Part shown: piece after piece, positions 47,830 through 61,371 of the stretch
How the letters are laid out: the number at the start of each line of letters is the position of its first letter
Position numbering within the stretch: the first letter of the stretch is position 1
From: Rhynchobatus australiae
Lineage: Eukaryota
NCBI GenBank assembly: GCA_034780895.1
Contig: JAUZTB010000075.1
Location: 20,438,664-20,502,663, forward strand
Direction of reading: 5' to 3'
DNA length: 64,000 bases
The notes under the pieces: model-generated
The model's input: only the letters and a program-made list of their open reading frames with translations
Told to the model about the DNA's origin: nothing
Databases searched by the model: none
Made by a program: the position numbers and the translations under genes

Positions 47830-49870
47830 GGTGCCTGCTTCACACAAAATGGTCGATCACCTCAGCTGTTTCCCTGCAATAACTCAATTCCCCTTACTAT
47901 CTCAACATCGACTGATCACGGACTTGTACATACTCAGTGAATGGACAGCCACAAAAGTAAACAATCCCAAAGTCTGGTGAAGTTACATCCATAAAGCTGT
48001 TGCACAAAAAGATCCAAGAGCACGATGTGCAGAGGGAATGAAGGACAAAAGTTACATTTCCAAGTTGAAGAGTGTGGAACTGGAGGGGAAGCTGCAGCAG
48101 CTGATGTTCTCGTTCTCCTGATGCCTTTATCAGGCTGAATTACACAGCTCCATGGTTGGCAAGGTACATGGTTGAGCAAAACATATTGCACCTGGAATAC
48201 TCTGCAACGATTCTGCTGTTGACGAACGTAGTGAATGTTTAAGGTACGTGATAGGGCACTGACTAAGCAAACTGATTTTAGTGAATTGTGTGAAGCATCT
48301 GCACTCAACCAAGCAGACCCCTCTCATGACCTCTCATTCGCCGATGGTTAAAGACATTGGTGTTTATGAGGCGAATCCCTCTCCGCAGAACTGACAGCCT
48401 TTCAGCAGTTATGCCCAGGACTGGCATTATTTACCTTTAACAGTCACATTTCCCTGTGCGCAAGGTAGGATTCCAACCATTTCGCTATTAAGTGACCCGG
48501 AACTGCAGTTGCACCAGAGCTTCGAGTCTCCACTTGATGGAATATTGCCTTGATGCCAAGACCAGTCATCTCTGAATGTCACCATGTTTGAACCAAGGCC
48601 AGGTTCTCCGGGAGAGGAGTGGCCATGGCAAACCCCAAAAATCAGGCACCATTTCACTGGTNNNNNNNNNNNNNNNNNNNNNNNNNNNNNNNNNNNNNNN
48701 NNNNNNNNNNNNNNNNNNNNNNNNNNNNNNNNNNNNNNNNNNNNNNNNNNNNNNNNNNNNNCAATTCCTGGTGCCTGCTTCACACAAAATGGTCGATCAC
48801 CTCAGCTGTTTCCCTGCAATAACTCAATTCCCCTTACTGCCTCAACATCGACTGATCACGGACTTGTACATACTCAGTGAATGGACAACCACAAAAGTAA
48901 ACAATCCCAAAGTCTGGTGAAGTTACATCCCTAAAGCTGTTGCACAGAAAGATCCAGGAGTACGATGTGCAGAGGGAATGAAGGACAAAAGTTACATTTC
49001 CAAGTTGAAGAGTTTGGAACTGGAGGGGAAGCTGCAGCAGCTGATGTTCTCGTTCTCCTGATGCCTTATCAGGCTGAATTACACATCTCCATGGTTGACA
49101 AGGTACAATGTGAGCAAAACATATTGCACCTGGAATACTCTGCGACGACTCTGCTGTTGACGAAGGTAGTGAATGTTTAAGGTACGTGATAGGGCACCGA
49201 CTAAGCAAACTGATTTTAGTGAATTGTGTGAAGCATCTTCAGCATTGTTGGAGCTGCACTCAACCAAGCAGACCCCTCTCCTGACCTCTCATTCGCCAAT
49301 GGTTAAAGACATTGGTGTTCATGAGGCGAATCCCTCTCCGCAGAACCGACAGCCTTTAAGCAGTTATGCCCCAGGACTGGCATTATTAACCTTGAACAGT
49401 CACATTTCCCTGTGCCCAAGGTAGGATTCTAACCATTTCGCCATTAAGTGACCCGGAACTGCAGTTGCACCAGAGTTTAGAGTTTCCACTTGATGGAATA
49501 TTGCCTTGATGCCAAGGCCAGTCATCTCTGAATGTCACCATGTTTGAACCAAGGCCAAGTTCTCCAGGAGAGGAGTGGCCATGGAAAACCCCAAAAATCA
49601 GGCACCATTTCACTGGTTATTACAAGTGCCACCTGAGGGAACTTCTGATAACACTTTCCATTACTTTGCCGATAATTAACAATGCAGGGAAGCAGTGATA
49701 CTTACTAGGATTTGCAGATTGGATTTGCCGTGATCAGGACAAGCCTTTCCAAGTTTCCACATTGTCAGGCCGATGCTAAAGTTTTAATTTTATTGGAACG
49801 CCTTGGGAAGAGGTACATCTGGTTTTGGAGCAATAGTTGAAAAGGTGGATGGGGCTGTGGTTCGTTGCGG
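47830..49870 (-). mobile_element. CR1/L2-clade LINE RT region (duplicated across the gap)
   Basis: Decayed RT motifs (FGVFHGHSSP, LGSNM, WHQG) on -. 47822-48661 approximately equals 48762-49617. Confidence 0.55.
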
Positions 49871-50415
49871 GGAAAGCAGAAAATAAAATTAAATTATTTG
49901 GAAAAGAATGACATTTTAAGCTCAGTTTTCAGTTCCAGCACCATTGTAAATAAGTGAACATGGGTGATAGCTTCACAGCTCCTGTGTGCATTGGGAGAGA
50001 CAGCAGAATATTGGTATAGATGAAGATGCAGAGAAAGCATGTTGGGAGGCTCCCGGGGAGAGTGAAGTTGTCCAATCCAGGATAGCACAGACAAAACTTG
50101 CAGCTCAATAGGAGATGGCTGGGCGAGATATGGCCACAGACAATGTAATGAATCTAAAGGCATGCATTTTTCGTGTGATGATGATTCTATGGGACATCAA
50201 GTTCAGCTCAACGTTGGATGCAGAGNNNNNNNNNNNNNNNNNNNNNNNNNNNNNNNNNNNNNNNNNNNNNNNNNNNNNNNNNNNNNNNNNNNNNNNNNNN
50301 NNNNNNNNNNNNNNNNNNNNNNNNNNNNNNNNNNNNNNNNNNNNNNNNNNNNNNNNNNNNNNNNNNNNNNNNNNNNNNNNNNNNNNNNNNNNNNNNNNNN
50401 NNNNNNNNNNNNNNN

Positions 50416-50893
50416 CCTCTCAATCTTCTCAATTCCAGCGTGTACAATCCCAGTCTCTCCAACCTCTCAGCATAAGACAGTCCCGACATCCCTGGAACTA
50501 ACCTCGTAAACCTACGCTGCACGCCCTCTATAGCCAGGATATCCTTCCTTAACCCTGGAGACCAAAACTGTGCATAATACTCCAGGAATGGTCTCACCAG
50601 GGCCCTGTACAAATGCAAAAGAATCTCTTTGCATTTTTACTCAATTCCCCTTGTAATACAGGCCAACATTCCATTAGCCTTCATCACTGCCTGCTGCACT
50701 TGCTCACTCATTTTCAGTGACTGATGTACAAAGACTCCTAGATCCCTTTGTATTTCCCCCTTACCTATCTCCACACCATTCAGATAATATTATGCCTTCC
50801 TGTTCCTGCTCCCAAAGTGGATAACCTCACACTTATCCACATTAAACGTCATCTGCCAAGTATCTGCCCACTCACCAAACCTATCCAAGTCAC
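50416..50893 (-). mobile_element. Relatively young CR1 ORF2 fragment
   Basis: HLYRALVRPFLEYYAQFWSPGLRKDILAIEGVQRRFTRLVPGMSGLSYAERL. Confidence 0.9.
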
Positions 50894-50919
50894 CTATCCA
50901 AGACAGGAGGAGACGGTCG

Positions 50920-51220
50920 GTATATTTTCCCTTCAAGCTCTAAGTGCCTAACACTAGAGGGCACATATTGACGCTGAGACGGAAAGTTCAAAGGAGATGT
51001 ACGGGGCAAGTTTTTTTTTAAATATACACAGTGGCGAGTGCCTGGGGTGTGGGGGAGGCAGATACGGTAGAGGAGTTTAACAGGCTCTTCAATAGGCACA
51101 TGAATGTACAGAGTAAGGAGGTATATGGACCATGTGCAGAGAGAAGGGATTAGGTGTCTTTAATTTAATTAGTTTGGCACAACATTGTGGGACGAAGGGC
51201 CTGTTCTGTGCTGTTCTGCA
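50920..51220 (+). mobile_element. CR1 3' end
   Basis: actagaggggcac..aagttcaaaggagatgtacggggcaagttttt..gaagggcctgttctgtgctgt. Confidence 0.75.
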
Positions 51221-52255
51221 GTCAGCCGCGTTGGGATATGTCAGTATGTGTAGCTTTGATGTGTTGGTGTGTGTGCTTACATGGTTCAGCACGAATGTCT
51301 ATCGGTGCTGCAATTCTATCTTGCGGTCTGTCACGTTACCTGCAGCTCTTCAGCTCCAGATCTCTCCCACCAAATCCCTTAATGACTTCCTCTTGTTTCC
51401 CTGACCTAACGACGATGGTAAAACGAAGATGATGTTGGACTATGAGTTTAGAGATTGAGATAAGCCCTGCTGAATACAATGCTTCATCAATACTGAGCTT
51501 TGCGCTACTGTGTCTGGTCTAGATCTGTCTCTTTCAGCACAACGGTAGTCTTTTAAATGATGGAAGATGCCCTCGATTTGAAGACTCTGTATACCTTGTT
51601 ATTGATAATCAAATCTACCAGAGTCTAATCTTCCAATAGATTAGTCTCCTATTCTCCTGGAGAAGGGTGTCAGTTTTGGAAAATGGTCTGATATTTTGAG
51701 GGCTGTGGGGATAATTGACCTGGTGTGCACCAGTCTTTCGTAAACTGGTGCTTGGGGTCGGCATTATTTTTCTTCAGTTGAACAAAATGTTCCCTGGGCA
51801 GTAGGAAATCTGCCACTTGGCCCTGTACAGGAGTCATGTGTGGACCATAGCCAATATGGTTCCATCCCCCAAAGAGCACTGAACCAGGATTTGAATGACA
51901 ATGACATTATATTTCAACTCGAGTTCAGTTTGACCAATATCCTTGATGGGGTTGTAATTGGATTATTAGATCTCAAACTGGCTCACTCGTCCTGGTACAT
52001 AACCACAGCTCCTAAACTGCGCTGTCAAGCAAGGCATGCCTGGGAGGCACAGGTGACTCAAACTATAGTTCTTAATGCACCCAAGTCATAAGTTTTTATC
52101 CTCATGTCAGATTGGGAGAGAAATCGATCAGAGATCAATGTTGATGTTGCCGTGAATACCTCACAGAACGCAAGAAACAGACCGTGGTGTTTCTCCCCTC
52201 TGATGGCGTCAGTTCTGTGACAATAAAAGCAACTCGCCGTGTTCCTCCCATTTAC

Positions 52256-52422
52256 CTCATGTTCTTGTCCATTGAAATGTTTCTCCTTCCTCAACATCAA
52301 ACTGAGTCCTTCAACTCCTTCTTCAATGGCCTGTTTCAATCTCTCCCGGTAGAATTTTGCCAACTGGAATAGTTGGTAATCGTCCCATTGTGCCAGGAGC
52401 TCCGAGATTGTAATCTTTTGAT
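52256..52422 (-). CDS. NLR CARD-like domain, first exon
   Basis: gttcacag| DQKITISELLAQWDDYQLFQLAKFYRERLKQAIEEGVEGLSLMLRKEKHFNGQEHE |gtaaat. Phase 1-0; joins in frame to 45134. Confidence 0.85.
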
Positions 52423-52641
52423 CTGTGAACATAATTGGAGAAACCAGAAGCATTTAGATTAAGCAGGTATCTGGGGTCCAATATTTTCCTCTTGTATTTA
52501 ATTTTCTTATACATTTAAGACAAAACTCCAACAGAAATGTTGGTTGACATGTGACTTTCAAAAGTAGTTAGAGCATGTCGGAAAAGAAAAAAAACAATTT
52601 ATATTGCAAAAGTTTAAATAAAAAAAAAGTAAATGCTAACA

Positions 52642-52925
52642 GAGATGCAGTGGTTAGCGTAATGCTTTACAGTGCCAGCGACCCGGGTTCAAATCCAGCC
52701 ACTGTCTGTAAGGAGTTTGTACGTTCTCCCCACATCTGCATGGGTTTCCTCCAAGTGCTCCAGTTTCCCCCAACTTTCCAAAGACGTACAGGTTAGGAAG
52801 TTGTGGGCATGCTATGTTGGTGCCGGAAGCGTGGTGACACTTGCAGACTGCTCCCAGAACACCCTATGCAAAAGATGCATTTCACTATGCGTTTGAAGTA
52901 CATGTGACTAATAAAGATCTTATCT
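52642..52925 (+). mobile_element. tRNA-derived SINE (V-SINE core, Rex1-like tail)
   Basis: A box (cagtggttagcg), B box (gggttcaaatcc), core gagtttgtacgttctcccc, tail gtgactaataaagatcttatct. Confidence 0.85.
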
Positions 52926-53709
52926 GACACAGGTCTTTTTGCAGAGGAGAAACAATGAGAACATAGGAAGTTGTAGAGAATTTTTAAGAAATGTTTTGTG
53001 TCTACATTCACTGAAGACAAAGAAATCTTCCCAGAAATTGTGAAATATGATATTTTGAGCACGCATTGTGTTCAATAAATGATATTTTTAAAAATTGGTA
53101 CCAGTGATTGAAAGGAGACAAATTCCAAGGAGCTGATCAGTTGCTTCCAAGGGGCTTTGAAGGAGATAGCTATGGAGATGGTGGGATAACAACCAGTGAA
53201 AGGAAGAAACGATGAACGAGTGAGACTGACATCAGCAGAAGGAAAAAAAGGCAGGAATGTAGAATTGAGGAATTGGGCAGGGAACTTTGTAAACAATGAT
53301 TGAAATGGTGTGCAACAATTTGGACTGAAAGACAAATCACATTTTATAAATCTGATGGAATTCCTTTAAGTTGCACCTTGCAGAATTGATGAGAAAGGAC
53401 CAGTTGATATGATGTATTCGGACTGTTAAAACATCTTTGATGCCATTGATTAGTACGCACAATTACTGCATATGGACTACAGGGTAAAAAAAAACTGACA
53501 TGAATTGGACTCACGACAGACAGGAGGAGTAAAGAGTTCATTTTCTGGGTGTGGTGGCTGTGCCATTTTGCACCACAGATGTTTAAAATCTACTATCATC
53601 ATTGAAGCACAACATATCTAGTTTTGCTCATCATTAATTGCTGGGAAACAACGTGGGCTTAAAAAGTACCTAGAGGAACCTCAGCAAGGTATCAGTAGGT
53701 TAAGGAAGA

Positions 53710-53835
53710 CCCTTGAGTCTCGACCGAAACGTTGATTGCCAATTTCCCTGTTTGACGCTGTCTGGCCCACTGAGTTCCTCCAGTGCATTTGTGCATGACT
53801 CTGGATTTCCATCATCTTCAATCTCTTGTGTCTCC
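53710..53835 (+). mobile_element. Penelope pLTR tail fragment
   Basis: gtctcgaccgaaacgttga..cccactgagttcctccag, homologous to 2875-2960. Confidence 0.6.
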
Positions 53836-53899
53836 TTCATTTGTAGAGTATTTGAGAGCAAGAGGAGGGATATTGTTCTCAGTTGCTTTGGACCCTGGA

Positions 53900-54102
53900 G
53901 ACACGACATCTGAAATGTCGGGTGTGGTCTGGTGCCCTTTTCCACTTGCAATCGAGGCAGACCATATTGATTTGACACACGCGGATTTAGCAATTGATCT
54001 GCCCGAACTCAATGTAACTACACTGTGTAATGAATTGACCTGTACGATCGGTTTGGAAGACAAGCTTTTCACTGTACCTCAGGACAAGTGACAATAATAA
54101 AT
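53900..54102 (+). mobile_element. Rex1/Babar-type LINE 3' end
   Basis: ttttcactgtacctc..gtgacaataataaa, the reverse complement of the 11133 end. Confidence 0.6.
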
Positions 54103-54822
54103 CAGAGGAAGTCCCACTGAAACATACAAAAATCCCTGTGGGGTAATGAAACATTGATGGCAGTGTTCATATTGATTCCTGTTGTTATACTGTAAGTGAC
54201 ATTATGCACAGAAACACAGCCTCTAGCCCAGAGAATCAACACATTTACATGAATCCAACAAAGTCTCAGAGAGAACATGAAAATTTTATTTCTCTCTGTG
54301 CCCGTTTCTTGCTGAAAATACATCATCAGTCCTTGCTTTTCCCAAAGCAAGTACATCCTACCTATCAAAATCCTGTCCAATAACTTACCCACCACTGATC
54401 TCAAGCTTTTCCTTGCAGCAGCCTTTCTTAAATAAGGGCACGATATTGGCCACCTTCCAGTCGTCGTCTTGTGTCTATTGATACAAGAATCTCTGCTACT
54501 GGTCCCGCAATTTCTTCCCCAGTTTCCCACAATACCTGATAATACACTCGAACAGGTCCCTGGGATTCATCTACCTTCATGCGTTTTAAGAGCCTTGTCA
54601 CCTCTTCTGTAAGACGGACTCTCTACATGACATCGCTTTTAACTTCCGAGTTCCTTAGTATTCATGTCGTTCATAAATATGGAGGAGAAGAATTAGTTTG
54701 GAAGACAATTCTTTGATCTCTGTGCTGCTCATTCCCTCTTCCCCTGTGAAACTCAGGTATTCGCACAGGATCCAGACCCACTGTCAGGACAACACTGAGA
54801 TCGAATAGCATTTTCTACAGAC

Positions 54823-54883
54823 CTGTACATTTCCTTGACGTGGAGATCACTGCACCCTCTCCCCTGCCGGCACCATTATCCAT
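54823..54883 (-). CDS. Putative first coding exon of the NLR-type gene
   Basis: accatcATGG context, MDNGAGRGEGAVISTSRKCT G|gtctgt. The phase-1 end fits the 52422 exon; there is an upstream acceptor at 54916. Confidence 0.6.
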
Positions 54884-55629
54884 GATGGTGACAGGTGTTC
54901 ACAAATTCTACAGCTCTGTAATAAACAATATTAACAGGAGAATTAGACAATCATTTATAAGGAAAACGCTGCCTAGTGAGCTAACACACAAAGTCTAATT
55001 CAATGGATCAGATTCTCTGTGTCACGCACTGGTCGATCTCGATTTGCCTGCTGTACGCTCAATGATTTCCATATAAATGTCTGACAGCCGGAGGATTCCA
55101 CTTCATGGTCGTGGCAGAGGAACTGCACTGTTTTACTGCTCCAGTTGCTTACTCATCAATCCGCTCATTCCCCTGACCCCGGCTCTTCCTGCTGCTCTGA
55201 CCAGTGCATCTGCCGAATGCACACCCTGGAATTACGTCCAGAGACTGGATTTTTCAGACAGCCTCTGCTGCCGGGAATCTGCCCACGTCTCCCTACTAAT
55301 CTCCCTTCACAAATGAAGCCACCCACCTTTGGATTTACGACACAAATTGTATAAACCCTGCACAACTCAGTCTATCAACAGCCTGATAGAGCCAGGCTCA
55401 CCCAGAAGCAAATCTCACAGTCAACAAACCCGACATCGCTATCAAAATCCCTGGGTACATCCTGCCCCACTGACAGGATACACCCACCAGTGGTGACAGA
55501 CCAGTGGTCAACAGGCAGGAGGGAGCAGCTCTGGGAGTCCTCGAACATCGAGTGCTGACTAAGGCAATATTGAGGCACAGGCATTGACCAGTAATCTTCA
55601 CAGCATGTTTCAGGGAATCATGGTTTCCA

Positions 55630-58460
55630 GCAAGAGGTGAACATTCCATTTGCCTTCTCGATAACCTGTTGCACCTGCAAACCAATCTTTTGCGATTCAC
55701 ACACAAGGATTGCCAAGTCCCTCTGCACAACAGCATGCTGCAATCTTTCGCGATTTCAATAATAATCTGATCTTCCATTTCTCCTTCCAAGGTGGATGAC
55801 CTCGCATTTACCAACATTGTACTCCATCTGCGAGACCCTTGCCCACTCAATTAACCTATTCCCATCTCTCTGCACAATTTGCTTTTGACTCAATTTAGTC
55901 AATATACCCGGACCCCTCTTCCAAGTGATTAATGCATACTGTGAACATTTGTGGGCCTGGCACCGACCCCCACAGCACCCCCCTCCAACTGATTGACAAC
56001 TACTTATCCCAACTCTCCGGTTAACCAATCCTCTATCCATTCTGATATATTACCCCCATCCCAGGCATCCTTCTCTTATGGATAAGCTTTTTATGCAGCA
56101 CCTTATCAAATGTCTCCTGGAATTCCAATTATACAACACCACCTGCTCTCCTTTATCCACTGCCCTCATTATATCCTCAGAACTTCAGTACGTTTGTCAA
56201 ATAGGACCTGTTCTTCTTGAATTCATAATGTGTCTGCCTGATGAAACACTTCTACCCAGATGAGAGCTCCAAGCATTTTCCTGACTGCAGACGTTAAGCC
56301 AACTGGCTGATATAGTTCCTTGCTTTTCGTCTGCATCATTTCTTAAACAATGGCGTCACATTTGCCGTTGAACAGTCCTCCGGGGCCTGCCTAAAGTCCA
56401 GAGGATTTTAGTAAATTATCATATTATATCGCATTATAAATTATTGAATGTTTTTACAAGATAAGATCTTTATTAGTCACATGTACATTGAAACTCAGTG
56501 AAATGCATCTTTTGCGTAGAGTGTTCTGGGGGCAGCCCACAAGTGTCACCACACTCCCGGCACCAATATAACATGCCCACATCTTCCTAACCCGTATGTC
56601 TTTGGAATGAGGGGGGAAACCGGTGCACCCAGAGGAAATTCACTCAGGAGAACATACAAACTCCTTACAGACAGTGGCCAGAGTTGAACCCTGATTACTG
56701 GAGCTGTAAAGCGTGATGCTAACCGCTACACTACTGTGCCTACCCATTATAGATATTGCTGAGTTGTTTGCTGAGTGGTTCTTTGTTACTTTTTACAGTT
56801 TTCCCGATCTTCCAGTTTGCCACTGCTCTTGGCGACTTTGTATGCATGAGCTTTTAGTTTGATGCTTTCCTTTATTTTTTTAATTATCCAGCACTGACTT
56901 CCCCACCCTTACTGTCCTTGTTTTTTAACTGGAATATATTTTTGTTGAGCATCAACAAAAGATTCTCTTTGAAAATCTTCTACTGTTCCTCAACTTTCCC
57001 ACTATATAGCTTGTGTTCCCAGTGCACGACAGCCAACTCCTCCCTCATCCCGTTGTCGTCTCCATTGTATCGGCATGATACACTGGATTTAGATCGAAAT
57101 ATTGCACCCTCCATTTGAATGAGAAATTCAGTCAGCCTGTGATCACTCTTTCCAAGAGGACCACTAACTAGAAGATCATTAATTTTACCTGTCTCATTGC
57201 ACAGGACCAGATCTAAGATAACACTTTTCCTTGCAGGTACACTAACATGCTGTTCAAAACAGCCATCACGGCTGCATTCTGTGAAGTCCTTCTCAAGACT
57301 GCCTCGAACAAATTGATTCACCCAATCCACGTGCAAGTTAAAGTCCCACGTGTCAACTACCAACCTGCATCAGATACTTCTTGAGTTATTGCCTTGGCAC
57401 AGTAATGTTATTATTCAGGGGCCTATGGAGAACTCCCACCAGTTACTTTTTCCCTTTACTGTCTCTAACCTCTCCCCAAAGGAGATCAACATTCTGCTCC
57501 TTCCATCTTGCATCGTCTCTCACTATCAACCTGATTTCATCCTTAATCAAGAGNNNNNNNNNNNNNNNNNNNNNNNNNNNNNNNNNNNNNNNNNNNNNNN
57601 NNNNNNNNNNNNNNNNNNNNNNNNNNNNNNTCTGCAATGGCTACTATATCAGACCCTTTGTACTGATTTGTGCCACAAGTTCACTGAACTTGCATCAAAT
57701 ACTACAGGCATTCAGATAAAGTTCCTTACAGTCATTATCCTTTTTGAAAGCTAAATCTTCGTGTCCTTCGCATTTGACTTTTTCTGTACTCCACCCTTAC
57801 TTTATTCTAACTTTCGCTTTGCTCTGTGCATTGCTTCCCTCTGTCTTTCTGGATGGACTCCCATCCCCCTGCCATGTTAGTTTAAACCCTCCCCAACAGC
57901 TCCAGCAACCAAACCCACCAGGACATTTATCCCGAAACTACCCAGTTTGTTCTGGCCCCACCTGCTCCAGAACCGTTTCCAATGTTCCAGGAATCTGAAA
58001 CACTCTCTCCTGTACCACTGTTAAAGCCACATATTCATCTTAACCCCACTGCTATTCCTACTCTGACAAGCATTGGTCACGGGTAGCAGTCCTGAGATTA
58101 TTACTTTGGAGGTCTACTTCTTTCTTAAAAAAAATCACCTAGCTCCCTAAATTCAGCTTGTTCAGCATCGTTCCACTCACCTACCACCCCCCCCCATATT
58201 GTTGGTATCTACTTGCAGCATGACAACTGGCTGTTCACCCTCCCTTTTTAGAATACCTCACAGCCACTCTGAGACATCCCTGACCCTTGCATCTGGGAGA
58301 CAACACACAAATCAGTAGTCCGGTTTGCGGCTAGGGAAGCTCCTGTCCATTCCCCTTATCACGGAATCCCCCACCACTTATAGCTCTGCCGCTCTTTTCA
58401 CTGCCCTCTTGTACAACAGAGCCACTGACGGTGCCGTGATCTTGGCTACTGCTGCCTTCT
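55630..58460 (-). mobile_element. CR1 LINE (ORF1 to RT), decayed, with an inserted SINE
   Basis: WDFNLHVDW, VILDLVLCNE, LGKSDH (APE); WQMEYNVGKCEVIHLGR-like RT tail. Confidence 0.85.
56460..56742 (-). mobile_element. tRNA-derived SINE, same family as 52642-52925
   Basis: Reverse complement GGCACAGTAGTGTAGCGGTTAGC...GGGTTCAACTCT...GTGACTAATAAAGATCTTAT. Confidence 0.85.
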
Positions 58461-58469
58461 CCTGATGAG

Positions 58470-59410
58470 TAATTAGTAACTAACCGAGTGTCACAAGAGT
58501 TAGTGCTGGGCCTCAACTATTCACAATGAAGGGACCATGTAAATGGAAATAAATTTGCTGATGACTGCGTGCTAATCTACATACATGCTGCAGAGGAACA
58601 CGTAAATGTTAACGGAGGGAAGAAGTTAGCAGAAGGAAGTACAACGTGGGGAAAATGAAAGGTCACCTACGTTGGGGAAAAAACTAAAGATAAAACAAAA
58701 GTATTAAAATGGTGGGACGACAGCATGTTGTAGACATGGGAATCCACGTGAATTAAATAGAAAAGATTGGCATGCAGACAACAACAACTAAATAGGAAGG
58801 CCAATGGTGTGCTGGTCTTTACTGCAAATGATATGCAACGTAGAAGTAGCAAGACCTTGATGCGGCTTTATTGGGTGTTCGTGACACCACACCTGGAGTG
58901 AGGTCTATGGTTTTGATCCCAGTAATAAAAGGACGTACTTGAATTGGAGGCACGACGTGAAGGCTCCCCAGTTTAATTCCTATAATAAAGCAATCAATGT
59001 CTGAAGATGTTCTGATGTCTGTTCAATGTCTGAACAGGTTGGGATGCTCAGTAGAGACTTGAAAATTGAGGGGTGATCTCATTGAAACACACTTCTGAGG
59101 GGAACTGAGTTTATATCCCGAAAGGATAACTTTGCTCTTTGGGAGCATAGTTTCAGAATAAGGGTTCATCAGCAATACAAAAAAATGAATTATGCCTCTT
59201 TGGAATTCTCTACCCCAGAGAGCTGTAGATGCAGACATGCAGAATATTGTGGCTAGATATTTCCAGACATTGGAAGTACAAGGCAGGAAAGAGGTACAGC
59301 AAGTGGGAGGTGATGCAGAGGGCAAATTTGGATCAGACCTCAGCTTATTGATTTATGGAACAGGGTCAAGGAGCCAGTTTTTTTAATATAGAACCTGCTT
59401 TTTATGTCTT
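58470..59410 (+). mobile_element. CR1 RT-to-3' fragment, old
   Basis: aaatttgctgatgac (KFADD), ggggtgatctcattgaaaca and LWNSLPQRAV. Confidence 0.75.
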
Positions 59411-61371
59411 CCGGAAACAGTCATTCCCTCCACCAACTGCAACTCACAAGAACAAGAGATAGGAGCAGGATTAGACCACCTGGCCCCTCACATCTGTACT
59501 GGTATTCAACATCACGGCTGATCTAGTCTCGGCCTCAATTCCTCCTGTGTCAGACGCCTGAAGCTAATTCCCCTGCATGCAAGGAATTTAACAAGCATCA
59601 GTGTTCTAGAACCACTGAACACTGACTCAATGCCCAACGTCAAACCTCATCTGTTTAGAGATATCAACTCACAGGGAAAGGGTAAAATAGGCACGGATGG
59701 GTAATTCCCACTCACCCTCTACTGGCCCTCTCCCAGCTCTAAGTCCCTCCCCAGGAGGAGAACCCCCTCGAATCTCCAACGCCATGCCAAAACTCTCCAT
59801 CTTCTGGAGGAGGAAATGCACCATTTCTTCTGCTAACTGCAAACTTACCAACTCCACACACAACTTTGGAACCAACTGTTCTCGTAGCCGGTTCTAAAAC
59901 ATTTCTGAAAGTTCCACCTGGGAATAACCAGGATTATAGACCAGGACTGTACTCTTCCTGAAACTCTGCTGACAGGAATTTGCCTACAGTCTCTGTATCA
60001 GTTCTGCTTCACGGGACCATCATCAGGGCTGGTGAATGGGGCAGCACCATGCTTGCTCCAGCGCATCACATCATCTCTATAGCTCCACTGCTGGCTGGTG
60101 GACCGTGGGATAAAGTGTCAGCTATTTAGAATCTACAACAGGACACACACAAGGTCGAAACACTATACACGTCACCCCTCCAGAACATTAATAGCCAAGC
60201 ATCTGTTCCTTTCAACATTCAGTTCCCCAACTGATTCATGCTCAACTAAATGGGATCATCATTCATTACTGTGCAGACTTTCTCTAAAACCACAGCTAAT
60301 ACCCCAAACTCATCCAACTGGACAGGTGAGCCCTCTCCATCTTCCCCATCATATCTTTAAAACAACCACTGGCAGCTAAATTTAGCACATTTGATTCTCA
60401 TTGTTGTGTGTTACCTTACCAAGTATAATTGGCTGCCATGTTTCATGCAGTTTAACACGAACAAAATGTATTTCATGGAAAAATAAAAACAGAAAATGTT
60501 GCAAGTTCGGTACATTAGGCTGCACAAGTAGAAAGATAAATGGTGGAAGACCCATTGTCCAAGATGCTGTCTGACCTGCCCAGCATTTCCAGCATTGTCT
60601 TTTAATCTCAGATTTTGCAAAACTGCGGGATTTGTTTTTTATTTTGACACACAAAGAATATTCACTGGTTGCATATGAAGGGAACACCCTGAAATGACCA
60701 AGTTGTGTAAATGCCATCCTCCCACTCACTCCTTACCCATTAGTTTGGTCTTATTTTTATGTTATTCAAACAAACAAAATCCCTTCCTGACATCAAAGGG
60801 TCAAAGTATCTTTTCCTCCCACTATCAGTCTGTTGCATCTGCTTCTGGGGCCAGTGTCTCTCCGATGAGGGGTAGTGAGCAGAGAGCAATAAAAATAGGC
60901 AACATTCCTTGCACCTCTGGTGGGCCGTTACCCGAGCAATAGAGGAAGTGGCTTACCAAAAAAAACCTGAGAACGGAAATAACGAACAACATATGCTCCC
61001 AGTTTTACTATGATAAACATTTACTGTGAACATTCAGCTATTTTGTAAGTGTGAAACTAAAATTTCAAAAGCTCTTTTCTCCCTAATCTCAGACGTCTCA
61101 GTGTATTCAATAAATGCACTGACTTCCAGCTTTACAGACGTTAGGTAGTGGAGCCGCTACAGAATCAGATACAAAAACAAGATATTGCAGGAAATTACTC
61201 GTCTGCTCCAAAGATTCACATGGGAGTCAGTAAGAAAAGACAAAAATCACACAATGGGTGAAGCTGTGAAACACGTGGTTTCCTTTTGTCCAACCTACTT
61301 AATAAAAAGTCTCAATTGTTATTAAACAAAGCAACAATTTTGCCAAATTGGTTCAGCACAGGTTCTACTGG

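Noticed and set aside
52642-52705. tRNA gene (also 56680-56742)
   Set aside because: The A/B boxes continue into a SINE core and tail; there is no complete cloverleaf.
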